Shown: piece by piece, positions 38,857 through 46,970 of the stretch
Layout of the letters: each line of letters begins with the position of its first letter
Numbering within the stretch: position 1 is the first letter of the stretch
Assembly (NCBI GenBank): GCA_913048495.1
Contig: CAJWWA010000001.1
Span: 1-48,833, forward strand
Direction: 5' to 3'
Source of the DNA: an uncultured Halieaceae bacterium
GTDB taxonomy: Bacteria > Pseudomonadota > Gammaproteobacteria > Pseudomonadales > Halieaceae
DNA length: 48,833 nt
Made by a program: the position numbers and the translations under genes
Notes under the pieces: model-generated
The model's database searches: none
Told to the model about the DNA's origin: nothing
What the model saw: the letters and a program-made list of their open reading frames with translations, nothing else

Positions 38857-39873
38857 TCAGAGTTCCGTATACCAGAGTTCTTCACCGGGGCCGACGGGCA
38901 GGGCCTCGATCGCCTCGGCCGGCAGCTGCAGCCCGCCGGCCGCTTCCATGGCGGGCACCAGGCAGGCCGTAAAGCGGTCGATGGCTCCGGCGGCAACCAG
39001 CGTGGGCACCGCCGCTGCGCCGTCTTCCAGCGGCCCCGCAAGGGTCCCGCGGCGGGTCGCGGCCACCGTGGCGAGCGTGTCGATCTCCGCGTCCACGCTC
39101 GGCGCCGCGTCGAAGATGTCGACGTGGCCCTGCCAGCGGAAGCCCTCGCGCTCCAGCAGCTTGAGGGCCGGTTCGCCGGCGGTGTTCACGCGACCGATCA
39201 CCGCCTGCGCGTCGGCCGGCAGCAGGTTCACGTAGACCGGCTGCGTCGGCATGAGCTCCGCGATGAACTGGTTGCCGTGCAGGGCGCCGAAGACGTCGGC
39301 CTCGGCGAAATCCATCTCGAAGAAGTGGCGGCCCACGGCCTCCCAGAAGGGCGAGCGGCCGCCGTCCTCGTAGTGCCCGCGCAGGTCGGCCATGACCTCT
39401 TTCGGGAAGCGCTGGCGGTGCGCGGCCATGAGCAGGTAGCGGCTGCGGGCCAGGAGCTTGCCATTGCCGTCCTTGCGGTAGGCGGGGGACAGGAACAGGG
39501 TGGCGACCTCGGCAAAGCCCTCGAAGTGGTTGGAGAGGTTGAGGGTGGAGACCGTGACCTTCTTGTCGAGTACCCGCGACTTGTGGGTGACCTTGTTCAG
39601 CTTGTAGGAATAGAAGGGCTCCACCTCGCCCAGGCTGGCGATCACGCTGGCGGTGCCCACCACCGCGCCGGTCGCCGTGTCCTCCATGACCAGCATGTAG
39701 ACCTCGTTGCCGGGCTTCTCCACGGCCCTCGCCACGCTGGTGCTGGACAGTGCGATCTTGGCAGCGAGCGCGTCCCGGTCCGGCGGCAGCGTCGTCATGC
39801 CCGGGTAGGCCTCCCGGGCGAGGTCGTACAGGCTGTCGAGGTCGTCCTCGCGGACAGGACGGACAATGATCAT
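38857..39873 (-). CDS. astA: Arginine N-succinyltransferase
   Basis: Start MIIVRPV; PFYSY, LFL...[42 protein letters not shown]. Confidence 0.92.
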   Translation of the reverse strand: MIIVRPVREDDLDSLYDLAREAYPGMTTLPPDRDALAAKIALSSTSVARAVEKPGNEVYMLVMEDTATGAVVGTASVIASLGEVEPFYSYKLNKVTHKSRVLDKKVTVSTLNLSNHFEGFAEVATLFLSPAYRKDGNGKLLARSRYLLMAAHRQRFPKEVMADLRGHYEDGGRSPFWEAVGRHFFEMDFAEADVFGALHGNQFIAELMPTQPVYVNLLPADAQAVIGRVNTAGEPALKLLEREGFRWQGHVDIFDAAPSVDAEIDTLATVAATRRGTLAGPLEDGAAAVPTLVAAGAIDRFTACLVPAMEAAGGLQLPAEAIEALPVGPGEELWYTEL

Positions 39874-39955
39874 GGAGTCACCCGGATCGGTGGGGGCGGA
39901 CAGCATACACCGGCCCTGCCGACCCCGGCCATGGCACCCTGCGAGGGCACTTGCA

Positions 39956-39994
39956 GCGGGCCCCTGTCGCAGTCAGCTGCGACACTATGCCGCA
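39956..39994. promoter_or_regulatory. Candidate RegA/PrrA/RoxR-type boxes upstream of the copper receptor
   Basis: TGCGAC-ACTAT-GCCGCA (39978-39994) and GCGGG-CCCCT-GTCGC (39956-39970) fit GCGNC-N5-GNCGC (the second imperfectly); together they form TGTCGCAG-TCAG-CTGCGACA. Confidence 0.5.
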
Positions 39995-40055
39995 CGGCAA
40001 GCATTTCGGTTGCCTATATACTTCTTTGGCTTTTCAGTCCGCACAGAAGTCAGCC

Positions 40056-42158
40056 ATGCAACCGAACCCCCCGTCCAGCCGCACGCTCATTGCGAGCAGT
40101 CTCGCCGCCATGCTGTCGGCCAGCGCCGCCTTCGGCGCCGACAGGACGCCCGGCGAGGACCTTCCCAACATCATCGTCATCGGCGTCCGGGAGGCGCCGC
40201 TAGGCCAGGATGTACTCGACCTGGACCAGGAAAACGGCGCGCCGGCCGCCGATGGCGCCGAGCTGCTGCGCTCGGTCAATGGCCTAAGCCTGGGCCGCTT
40301 CGGAGGCCGCGGCCTCGAGCCCACGCTGCGCGGCCAGAGCCAGTCGCGCATCAACGTGCTCCTCGACGGCGCCTACCTGCACGGCGGCTGCCCCAACCGC
40401 ATGGACCCGCCGACCTCCTTCGCCTCGGTGAATACCTTCGAGCGCATCGTCGTGCTCAAGGGCGTGCAGACCCTGCGCTACGGCGGCGGCGGCAGCGGCG
40501 GGACGCTGCTCTTCGAACGCGAGAACGAGCCGGGCAAGGATGGCCTGAGCGGCGGCCTGCGCGCGGGCACGACCAGCAACGGGCTGGAGCGGGACATCGC
40601 CGCGGAGCTGGCCTGGTCGGGCGAGCCCGGCTACCTGCGCCTGAACATCGAGGACCGCTCGGCGGACAACTACGAGGATGGCGGCGGTGACGAGGTGCGC
40701 TCCGCCTACGCCGAGGACTCCGTCTACCTCGCAGGCGGCCTGCGTTTCCGTGACCGGGACCGGCTGGAGCTCGCGCTCGAGCGCACCGAGACGACCGATG
40801 CGCTGTTCCCGGGTGCCGGCATGGACGCGCCGGAGGACGAAAGCGACCAGGTTCGCCTGCGCTACCGCGGCTACGACCTCGCCGGCCTCGACGCGCTTTC
40901 CGTGGAGCTCTACCGCACCCACGTCGAGCACCTTATGGACAACTACAGCAACCGCCCGCTCACCATGCCCATGGCGCTGCGGGTACCGTCCCGCTCCGAT
41001 ACGACCGGTGCGCGCATCGTCGGCGAATTCACCACCGGCGGCGATCTCGAGTGGACCGTCGGCGTCGACTACCAGCGCAACGAGCGCAGCGCGACCCGCT
41101 TCATGGGCCTGACCATGGACAACGTAGAGATGGTACAGAGCTACCTCTGGCCGGACGCCAGCCTCGAGCAGGCCGGTGCCTTCGCGGAGGTCCGCTGGGC
41201 CCTGAGCGCCGGGCGCAGCCTGAAGGCGGGGCTGCGCTACGACCGGGTCAGCGCCGATGCCGATGCGGCCGACGCCGACCCGCCGTCGCCCATGCTGCCC
41301 GCGCCCAACGGGCTCTACCAGCAGTACTACGGCGTCACCCACGACGGCGAGATCAGCGAGGACAACTGGGGCGGCCTGCTCCGCTTCGAGCAGCGCTTCA
41401 GCGAGCGCTGGACCGGCTTCGCCGGCCTCAGCCAGACGGTCCGCACCGCCGATGCCTCCGAGCGCTTCCTGGCGGCCGCCAACCCCGTCCCGATGATGCG
41501 CTGGATCGGCAACCCGGGCCTTGACCCGGAAACACACCGCCAGGCCGATGCCGGCCTCGTGTTCCAGGCCGGCGATCACCGGCTGGACGGCGTGGTCTAC
41601 TACGACGACGTCAGCGACTACATCCTCCGCGACCGGGCCCACGGCCAGGGCGACGTGCTTCGGGATGACAACGCCACCGTGTACCGAAACGTGGATGCCA
41701 CGCTCTACGGCGTGGAAGGCAGCTGGACCTGGCGCGTGGGCGGCGGCTGGGAAGCCTCCGCAAGCCTCGCCTGGGTGCGCGCCGAGAATACCAGCGAGGA
41801 CCGGAACATCGCCCAGACGCCGCCGCTGAACGGCAGCGTGAACCTCGACTACGACGCCAGCCGCTGGCGCGCCGGCGCCAGCCTGCGCTGGGCCGCGGAA
41901 CAGGACCGGGTGGAGGCCAACCCCATGGTGGACAGCGGCCTCGATGCCGGGGAAACGCCGAACTGGGCCGTGCTCGACCTCTACGCGAGCCTGAGCCTCG
42001 GCAGCTTGGGCGACCTGCGCGCCGGCGTCGACAACCTCTTCGACCGCCGCTACGCCGAGCACCTGAACCGGAGCAACCTCGACCCCTTCAACCCGGAAGC
42101 GATCCGGGTCAACGAGCCGGGCCGGGTGCTCTGGGCCCGCTACGAGTACCGCTTCTGA
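40056..42158 (+). CDS. TonB-dependent copper receptor (OprC/NosA-like)
   Basis: Signal peptide; plug GGCPNRMDPPTS (CxxxM); HLMDNYS (HxM); Met-rich loops; VDNLFDRRYAEHLN...EPGR; terminal F. Confidence 0.9.
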   Translation: MQPNPPSSRTLIASSLAAMLSASAAFGADRTPGEDLPNIIVIGVREAPLGQDVLDLDQENGAPAADGAELLRSVNGLSLGRFGGRGLEPTLRGQSQSRINVLLDGAYLHGGCPNRMDPPTSFASVNTFERIVVLKGVQTLRYGGGGSGGTLLFERENEPGKDGLSGGLRAGTTSNGLERDIAAELAWSGEPGYLRLNIEDRSADNYEDGGGDEVRSAYAEDSVYLAGGLRFRDRDRLELALERTETTDALFPGAGMDAPEDESDQVRLRYRGYDLAGLDALSVELYRTHVEHLMDNYSNRPLTMPMALRVPSRSDTTGARIVGEFTTGGDLEWTVGVDYQRNERSATRFMGLTMDNVEMVQSYLWPDASLEQAGAFAEVRWALSAGRSLKAGLRYDRVSADADAADADPPSPMLPAPNGLYQQYYGVTHDGEISEDNWGGLLRFEQRFSERWTGFAGLSQTVRTADASERFLAAANPVPMMRWIGNPGLDPETHRQADAGLVFQAGDHRLDGVVYYDDVSDYILRDRAHGQGDVLRDDNATVYRNVDATLYGVEGSWTWRVGGGWEASASLAWVRAENTSEDRNIAQTPPLNGSVNLDYDASRWRAGASLRWAAEQDRVEANPMVDSGLDAGETPNWAVLDLYASLSLGSLGDLRAGVDNLFDRRYAEHLNRSNLDPFNPEAIRVNEPGRVLWARYEYRF

Positions 42159-42208
42159 GGGGCACGACCGATGGCAGCCCGGTCCCCGGCCGGGCTATCG
42201 CGGATCCT

Positions 42209-42478
42209 TCAGGCGACGTCGCGTGCGGCGACTGCCTTATCCAGATCATAAGTTGCCTGAAGGTTCATCCAGAGCTTCGGTGACGTTCCAAGCACCTCGG
42301 CGAGGTCCAGGGCGGCCGCTGCCGTGATGCCGCGCTTGCCGCGGATGAGCTCATTGAGCCGGGCCCTGGTCCAGCCGATGGTCCGCGCAAACTCCGCCTG
42401 ACTGATGCCCACAGGTTCAAGGAATTCCTCCAGCAGGACCTCGCCAGGGTGAAAGGGATTTTTCGGTTGCCTGTCCAC
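42209..42478 (-). CDS. higA: HigA-family antitoxin (HTH), no cognate toxin gene
   Basis: HPGEVLLEEFL, LNELIRGKRGIT, LWMNLQATYDL. Confidence 0.85.
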   Translation of the reverse strand: MDRQPKNPFHPGEVLLEEFLEPVGISQAEFARTIGWTRARLNELIRGKRGITAAAALDLAEVLGTSPKLWMNLQATYDLDKAVAARDVA

Positions 42479-42548
42479 TGCTGATCACCCTCTCCGTGGT
42501 AATGATAGAAGCCGCGTTGCAAGTGCGGGGAACCGGTGAGTGCTCCAG

Positions 42549-43934
42549 TCAGTCGCAGCTGCGCTCCGCCGGAGGCGTATTGAGAAGTTCCTCGAGGAGC
42601 ACCGGCCGGTCCGTCATGATGGCGTCGACCCCCAGCGCCATCATGCGCAGCATCTCCTCGCAGCTGTTCACGGTCCAGACCTGCACGGCCAGGTTCACAG
42701 CGTGCGCGTCGGCGACGAAGTCCTCCGTCACTACCTCCAGCTGGAAATCATCCGGCACCTGGCTGATCTGGCTGGTGTCCGGCGGTACCTGGAAGGCCAC
42801 GTGTTCCGGTACCGGCGGGATAGTGCCGTCGCCGAGGCCCGCGAGCACCAGCCCCGTGCCCTGGTCCAGGGGCACGGAGGTGTGGATGCACGGAGCGACT
42901 TCCTTGAAGCGGTTGGCGGCGGCATCCACGAAGGACGCGGCGATCACGTCATCGACGCGGCCGAAGCGCAGCAGTTCGTCGGCGATAAGCCGCTCGTAGT
43001 CCCCCTCGCCATCCAGGTCCGGCTTCAGCTCCACGTTGATGAGGTAGGGGGCGAAGCGCTCCAGGGCCTCGCGCAGGGTCGGCACCTGGAAATCGGCGTG
43101 CGAGTAGCCCGGCGGCGGCGGCTTGTCGCCGGTGGCGATGCCGCGGTAGACGTAATCGCTCTCCGGCCGGTCATGCGGCGTGCCCTCGCCGGGCACGAAC
43201 CAGTAGGCGGCATCCAGCGCCTTGAGCTCCGCCAGGGTCAGATCGACCACGTTGCCGGTGCCGTCGGTGGTGCGGTCCACGTCCAGGTCGTGAAGGATGA
43301 CCAGTTCATTATCGGCCGTCTGGTAGACGTCCATTTCGAGCACGTCGGCACCCAGGGCCGCGACCTCGCCGTAGGCAAAGAGCGTGTTCTCCGGGAAATC
43401 GATCACACCGCCGCGATGGGCGTAGTTGAGGGGGTCGGCGCCCGGGGCGACACGCCAGCGATTGGGGTCCGCCTTCGTGTAGGGGGCGCTGCAGTCGACG
43501 TCGTCGTTGGCGATGGTGCCGAGCAAACTGGTCGCCGTGGGCGCGGCGTTGGCCGTGGTGCTGACCCGCAGGTGGAAGGTTTCCGCCGCCTCCGGCAGCG
43601 CGTCACCCAGCAGCTCGACCTCGATGGCGGTTTCCAGCTCGCCGGCGGCAATCACCGCCTCGCCGCTGGCGTCGTAGTAGTCCTCTCCCGGCGTGGCGGT
43701 CCCCGCTTCGGTCCGCCAGTTCACCACCACGTCGCGCGGCTGCGTCGACCCCAGGGCCACCTTGAAGGACAGGGTGCGCAGTTCGCCGGGCAGGCCCTCC
43801 GGCGCCGCCGTGGGAAACACGGTGAGGGAGGATGGCGGGGGCGGCTCGATGAGCAGCGTATCGCCGTCAGAGCAGGCGGCGAGCAGGGCAGCCGCGGCAA
43901 CGGCGGCGAACAGGGGGCGGTGGGGCGGGACCAT
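42549..43934 (-). CDS. Lipoprotein glycerophosphodiester phosphodiesterase with Calx-beta-like domain
   Basis: Lipobox LLAAC; GTATPGEDY...GD...E..ETF.L...GTIANDD; AHRGG...PENT, LEMDV, LHD..VDRTT, VWTVN, GVDAIMTDRP. Confidence 0.85.
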   Translation of the reverse strand: MVPPHRPLFAAVAAAALLAACSDGDTLLIEPPPPSSLTVFPTAAPEGLPGELRTLSFKVALGSTQPRDVVVNWRTEAGTATPGEDYYDASGEAVIAAGELETAIEVELLGDALPEAAETFHLRVSTTANAAPTATSLLGTIANDDVDCSAPYTKADPNRWRVAPGADPLNYAHRGGVIDFPENTLFAYGEVAALGADVLEMDVYQTADNELVILHDLDVDRTTDGTGNVVDLTLAELKALDAAYWFVPGEGTPHDRPESDYVYRGIATGDKPPPPGYSHADFQVPTLREALERFAPYLINVELKPDLDGEGDYERLIADELLRFGRVDDVIAASFVDAAANRFKEVAPCIHTSVPLDQGTGLVLAGLGDGTIPPVPEHVAFQVPPDTSQISQVPDDFQLEVVTEDFVADAHAVNLAVQVWTVNSCEEMLRMMALGVDAIMTDRPVLLEELLNTPPAERSCD

Positions 43935-44033
43935 GACGTTACTTCGTTATTATCAGGAAGCACGCAGGATACCGTGCGCACATGACGACGTCATGACCGC
44001 ACCGGCTCATTACGGCCGGATCGCCCGTGGACT

Positions 44034-44468
44034 TCAGCTGAGCTTCAGCGAAATGCGCAGCTGCCCCGCCCGCGCCGTACAGAGATCGGCAAGCGTGTAG
44101 CGATCCAGCTCCGCCATGAACGCCTCGACCGCGCGGGAGAGTGCGGCTGGCAGCAGGCAGGCATCGCTGATCGCGCATTTCCCATCGGGGTGGAAGCACT
44201 CGACGAGGTGGTCAACGGTTTCCAGCTCGCGGACAACCGCGCCCACGTTGATGTTCTCCGGTGGCCGGGCCAGGGACACGCCGCCCTGTTGTCCCCGGTC
44301 CGTCGCGACGAACCCCGCGCGCTGCAACTTCTGCACGACCTTGGTCAGATGGTGGTGGGAGACATCGTACGCACCGGAGATATCCGCAACGCGGACACGC
44401 GGCCCATCCGAGACCGCGAGGTAGATCAGCGTCCGCAGCGCATAGTCCGTGTGTTGTGTGAGGCGCAT
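44034..44468 (-). CDS. nsrR: Rrf2-family NO-sensing repressor (NsrR-like)
   Basis: Start MRLTQHTDYALRTLIYL; HHLTKVV; three-Cys cluster LVECF...C.I...CLL. Confidence 0.8.
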   Translation of the reverse strand: MRLTQHTDYALRTLIYLAVSDGPRVRVADISGAYDVSHHHLTKVVQKLQRAGFVATDRGQQGGVSLARPPENINVGAVVRELETVDHLVECFHPDGKCAISDACLLPAALSRAVEAFMAELDRYTLADLCTARAGQLRISLKLS

Positions 44469-45631
44469 CAGCCAGGCCTTCCATCCGGTCTTGGGTTCCA
44501 GAGCATGGCGCTGTAGTACCACAGGTACAGGGCGAAGGCCATGAACCAGGTCAGGGCGCTCGCGATCACCGCCGGCTGCCAGCCGAAGAGCCCCAGGGCA
44601 GCGGCGACGCGTGCGGCGAGCGCCGCCAGCAGCAGCGAGAAAGCCACGAGCATGCCCCGGGCGAGAACCAGCGACCGACCGGTGTGGCCGAGGGCCACCC
44701 GCGACATCACCCCGAGAATGGTCACGGCGAGCGCGCCGATGCCGAGCAGGTGCAGCCAGGCGCTGTCGGCGACGAGCCCCAGCGCAGCGAGGCCGCGCAG
44801 CACGAGGCCGGGGACGATAGCGAGCACGCCGAGGTGCAGGACCCAGAGCAGCGGTTCGCGCCAGACACGCCAGCCGCGCCAGTAGCGTAGGCGCAGCAGC
44901 AGCAGCCCGGCCCCGGCAAGGGAAACCACCGCGGTCAGCGCGGCGGGGGGGCCCGCGGCGCCGAGGATGGTCCAGGCCTCGCCGGCCAGCAACAGCAGAA
45001 AGACAGCGTAGAGCGGCCACGCCAGCCACCCCGGGTCGGCCACGTCGTCCGCCGCCCCCCCGCGCTGGCGCAGCCAGTTGCGGGAGAACGCCGGGGTGAT
45101 CCGCGACCCCACCAGCACCACCAGCAGAGCGCCGAGGAGCAGGCCGCCGTGCAGCCAGCGCGCATCGCCGCTGCCGTGAAAGGCCAGGTCGCACAGCCAG
45201 AACAGGCCGAGAGCGACGAGCAGCGGCAGCTGGCGCCACTGGCGCACACGCATAATGGGCCAGGCCGCGGCGAGGATCACCAGCGGCAGGAAAGCGAGCT
45301 CGGCCAGCTGCACCGGCAGCGGCGATGCGCCAACCGCCGCCGCCAGCCGCGGGAGCAGCCAGAGCGCATAGAGGCCGAAGAGCCACCCGCCTGCTACCGG
45401 GTCGCTGTCGGTCCAGCGGCAGACGGCGGTGAGCAGGAAGCCGGCGATCGCCGCCGCGAGGAAGCCGTAGAGCATCTCGTGCGCGTGCCCGGCCGGGAGT
45501 ATCGGCACCGGGACCGCTCCGGTCACCGAGGCTGTCCACCACGGCACCGCCAGCGCCGCAAGCAGCGCCGCCGACAGGAAGAAAATCCTGAAAGGGTAGG
45601 CGAAAAGACGCCTGATGGATCCGTCTGTCAT
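44468..45631 (-). CDS. nnrS: NnrS-family membrane protein
   Basis: PFRIFFL, HAHEMLYGF..AAIAGFLLTA, RITPAF, EPLLWVLH, RVALGHTGR, PRPDGRPG. Confidence 0.9.
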   Translation of the reverse strand: MTDGSIRRLFAYPFRIFFLSAALLAALAVPWWTASVTGAVPVPILPAGHAHEMLYGFLAAAIAGFLLTAVCRWTDSDPVAGGWLFGLYALWLLPRLAAAVGASPLPVQLAELAFLPLVILAAAWPIMRVRQWRQLPLLVALGLFWLCDLAFHGSGDARWLHGGLLLGALLVVLVGSRITPAFSRNWLRQRGGAADDVADPGWLAWPLYAVFLLLLAGEAWTILGAAGPPAALTAVVSLAGAGLLLLRLRYWRGWRVWREPLLWVLHLGVLAIVPGLVLRGLAALGLVADSAWLHLLGIGALAVTILGVMSRVALGHTGRSLVLARGMLVAFSLLLAALAARVAAALGLFGWQPAVIASALTWFMAFALYLWYYSAMLWNPRPDGRPG

Positions 45632-45659
45632 GGCTGGCTCTCCCTTGCGGCAGCCCGAA

Positions 45660-45703
45660 CATGCCTTTAAAGTAGCATGCGACTTACCATTTTGGAAATA
45701 CAC
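45660..45703. promoter_or_regulatory. Possible NsrR operator(s) in the divergent nnrS / copD-like intergenic region
   Basis: AT-rich island with CATGC-CTTTAAAGTA-GCATG and an AAATACAC half-site; imperfect match to the ATGYAT-N5-ATRCAT type consensus. Confidence 0.4.
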
Positions 45704-45708
45704 CCCCC

Positions 45709-46152
45709 ATGTATGCGACCGCCCTCATTGTTCACGTCCTCGCCGCCACGGTCTGGACCGGCGGCCACCTCGTGCTCGCCCTCGGTATTCTCCCCGGCGC
45801 GCTCCGCGAGCGCTCGCCGGCCGCTATCGAAGCCTTCGAGGGCCGCTTCGAGAAGATCGGCATCCCGGCACTGCTATTGCAGGTGGCCAGCGGGCTCTAC
45901 CTTGCCACGCGCCTCGCGCCGGCCCCCGGCAGCTGGCTCGCCTTCGAGACACCGGTCACCCGCGCCATCGCTCTCAAGCTTGCGTTTCTGCTGGCCACGG
46001 TGCTGCTCGCGGCCCATGCGCGGCTGCGCATCATCCCGCGGCTGTCCGCCGAGACCCTGCCGGCCCTCGCCTGGCACATCGTGGCCGTGACGGGTCTGGC
46101 GATGGCCTTCGTCGTGGTCGGCGTGGGCTACAGGGTGGGGCTGCTGTCCTGA
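45709..46152 (+). CDS. CopD-like small membrane protein
   Basis: HVLAATVWTGGH; about four TM helices with intramembrane His (AAHAR, LAWHI). Confidence 0.7.
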   Translation: MYATALIVHVLAATVWTGGHLVLALGILPGALRERSPAAIEAFEGRFEKIGIPALLLQVASGLYLATRLAPAPGSWLAFETPVTRAIALKLAFLLATVLLAAHARLRIIPRLSAETLPALAWHIVAVTGLAMAFVVVGVGYRVGLLS

Positions 46153-46162
46153 GGAAGCGGCG

Positions 46163-46885
46163 CTAGCCGGTGCCCGGCCAGCCGGGCGGCAGCGCGGGCA
46201 CGCCGATCACGGGCCGGTGCAGGAGGAGGAAAGCCGCATAGAGCGCAACACCGAGACCCAGGCGCAGCAGGGGCAGGCGGCGGGGGTCCGGGCGCCAGCG
46301 CCCCGCCAGTAGTGCCCGTCCGGGCAACAGGCTGGTCGCCGCGGCCAAGTCATGCCAGCGCTCCGCGCCCAGGCTGCGCTGCCGCTTCCGGTCCACGGCC
46401 CGCATGCCGATGCCGGAGAAAACCGCCATGGCGGCAAAGAAAAGCACGGTGGCCAGCTCCCCGTTCGGCGGGATATGCGCCAGGGCCCAGAGCAGGAAGG
46501 CGAGCAGCAGCGGATGACGCTGCACGCCCGCCACGCCGGGGGCGGTTGGCCGGAACCCCTCACCCATGCCGCCGATGATGCTGAGCGGGTTCGGCGCACC
46601 GAGGGCCCCGGCGAGCAGCAGGCACACCGGCAGCATGAGGACCAGGGGCACCCAGCGCTGCCAGGGCGCGTAGTACCAGAGCATCACGACCGGCGCAGCA
46701 AGCAGGCTGTAGACCAGCCAGGTGAGCAGGCCGAGGGAGAGTGCACTGTAGAGCAGCAGGAAGGTGCGTACACCGAGGCGGGCCACGAGCCGGGCACGCA
46801 CCGCCGGGCGCGTGGGCACGACGTGGGCGAGCACGAACACCGCGAGGGCGAGCGCGAACGCGGCCCAGCTACCGCTCTCTGCCAT
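46163..46885 (-). CDS. nnrU: NnrU-family membrane protein
   Basis: FVLAH, YSALS, RHPLL..F.LWALAH..PNG, D RK, TSLLP, LHRPVIGV. Confidence 0.85.
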   Translation of the reverse strand: MAESGSWAAFALALAVFVLAHVVPTRPAVRARLVARLGVRTFLLLYSALSLGLLTWLVYSLLAAPVVMLWYYAPWQRWVPLVLMLPVCLLLAGALGAPNPLSIIGGMGEGFRPTAPGVAGVQRHPLLLAFLLWALAHIPPNGELATVLFFAAMAVFSGIGMRAVDRKRQRSLGAERWHDLAAATSLLPGRALLAGRWRPDPRRLPLLRLGLGVALYAAFLLLHRPVIGVPALPPGWPGTG

Positions 46886-46904
46886 GGTCAAGCTCCCTGC
46901 CGGC

Positions 46905-46970
46905 GCGCCGGCTGCGGCGCAGCCCGCGAACCCTACTCCACGGTAACGGACTTGGCCAGGTTGCGCGGTT
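46905..46970 (-). other. attTn7-equivalent site at the glmS 3' end, apparently unoccupied
   Basis: PRNLAKSVTVE-coding sequence (TnsD target in other bacteria); only 47 bp of GC-rich hairpin sequence before nnrU, with no Tn7 end. Confidence 0.55.

Noticed and set aside
42479-42522. Possible higB 3' remnant (reads FYHYH)
   Set aside because: Too short and too weak a resemblance to the toxin C-terminus to call.
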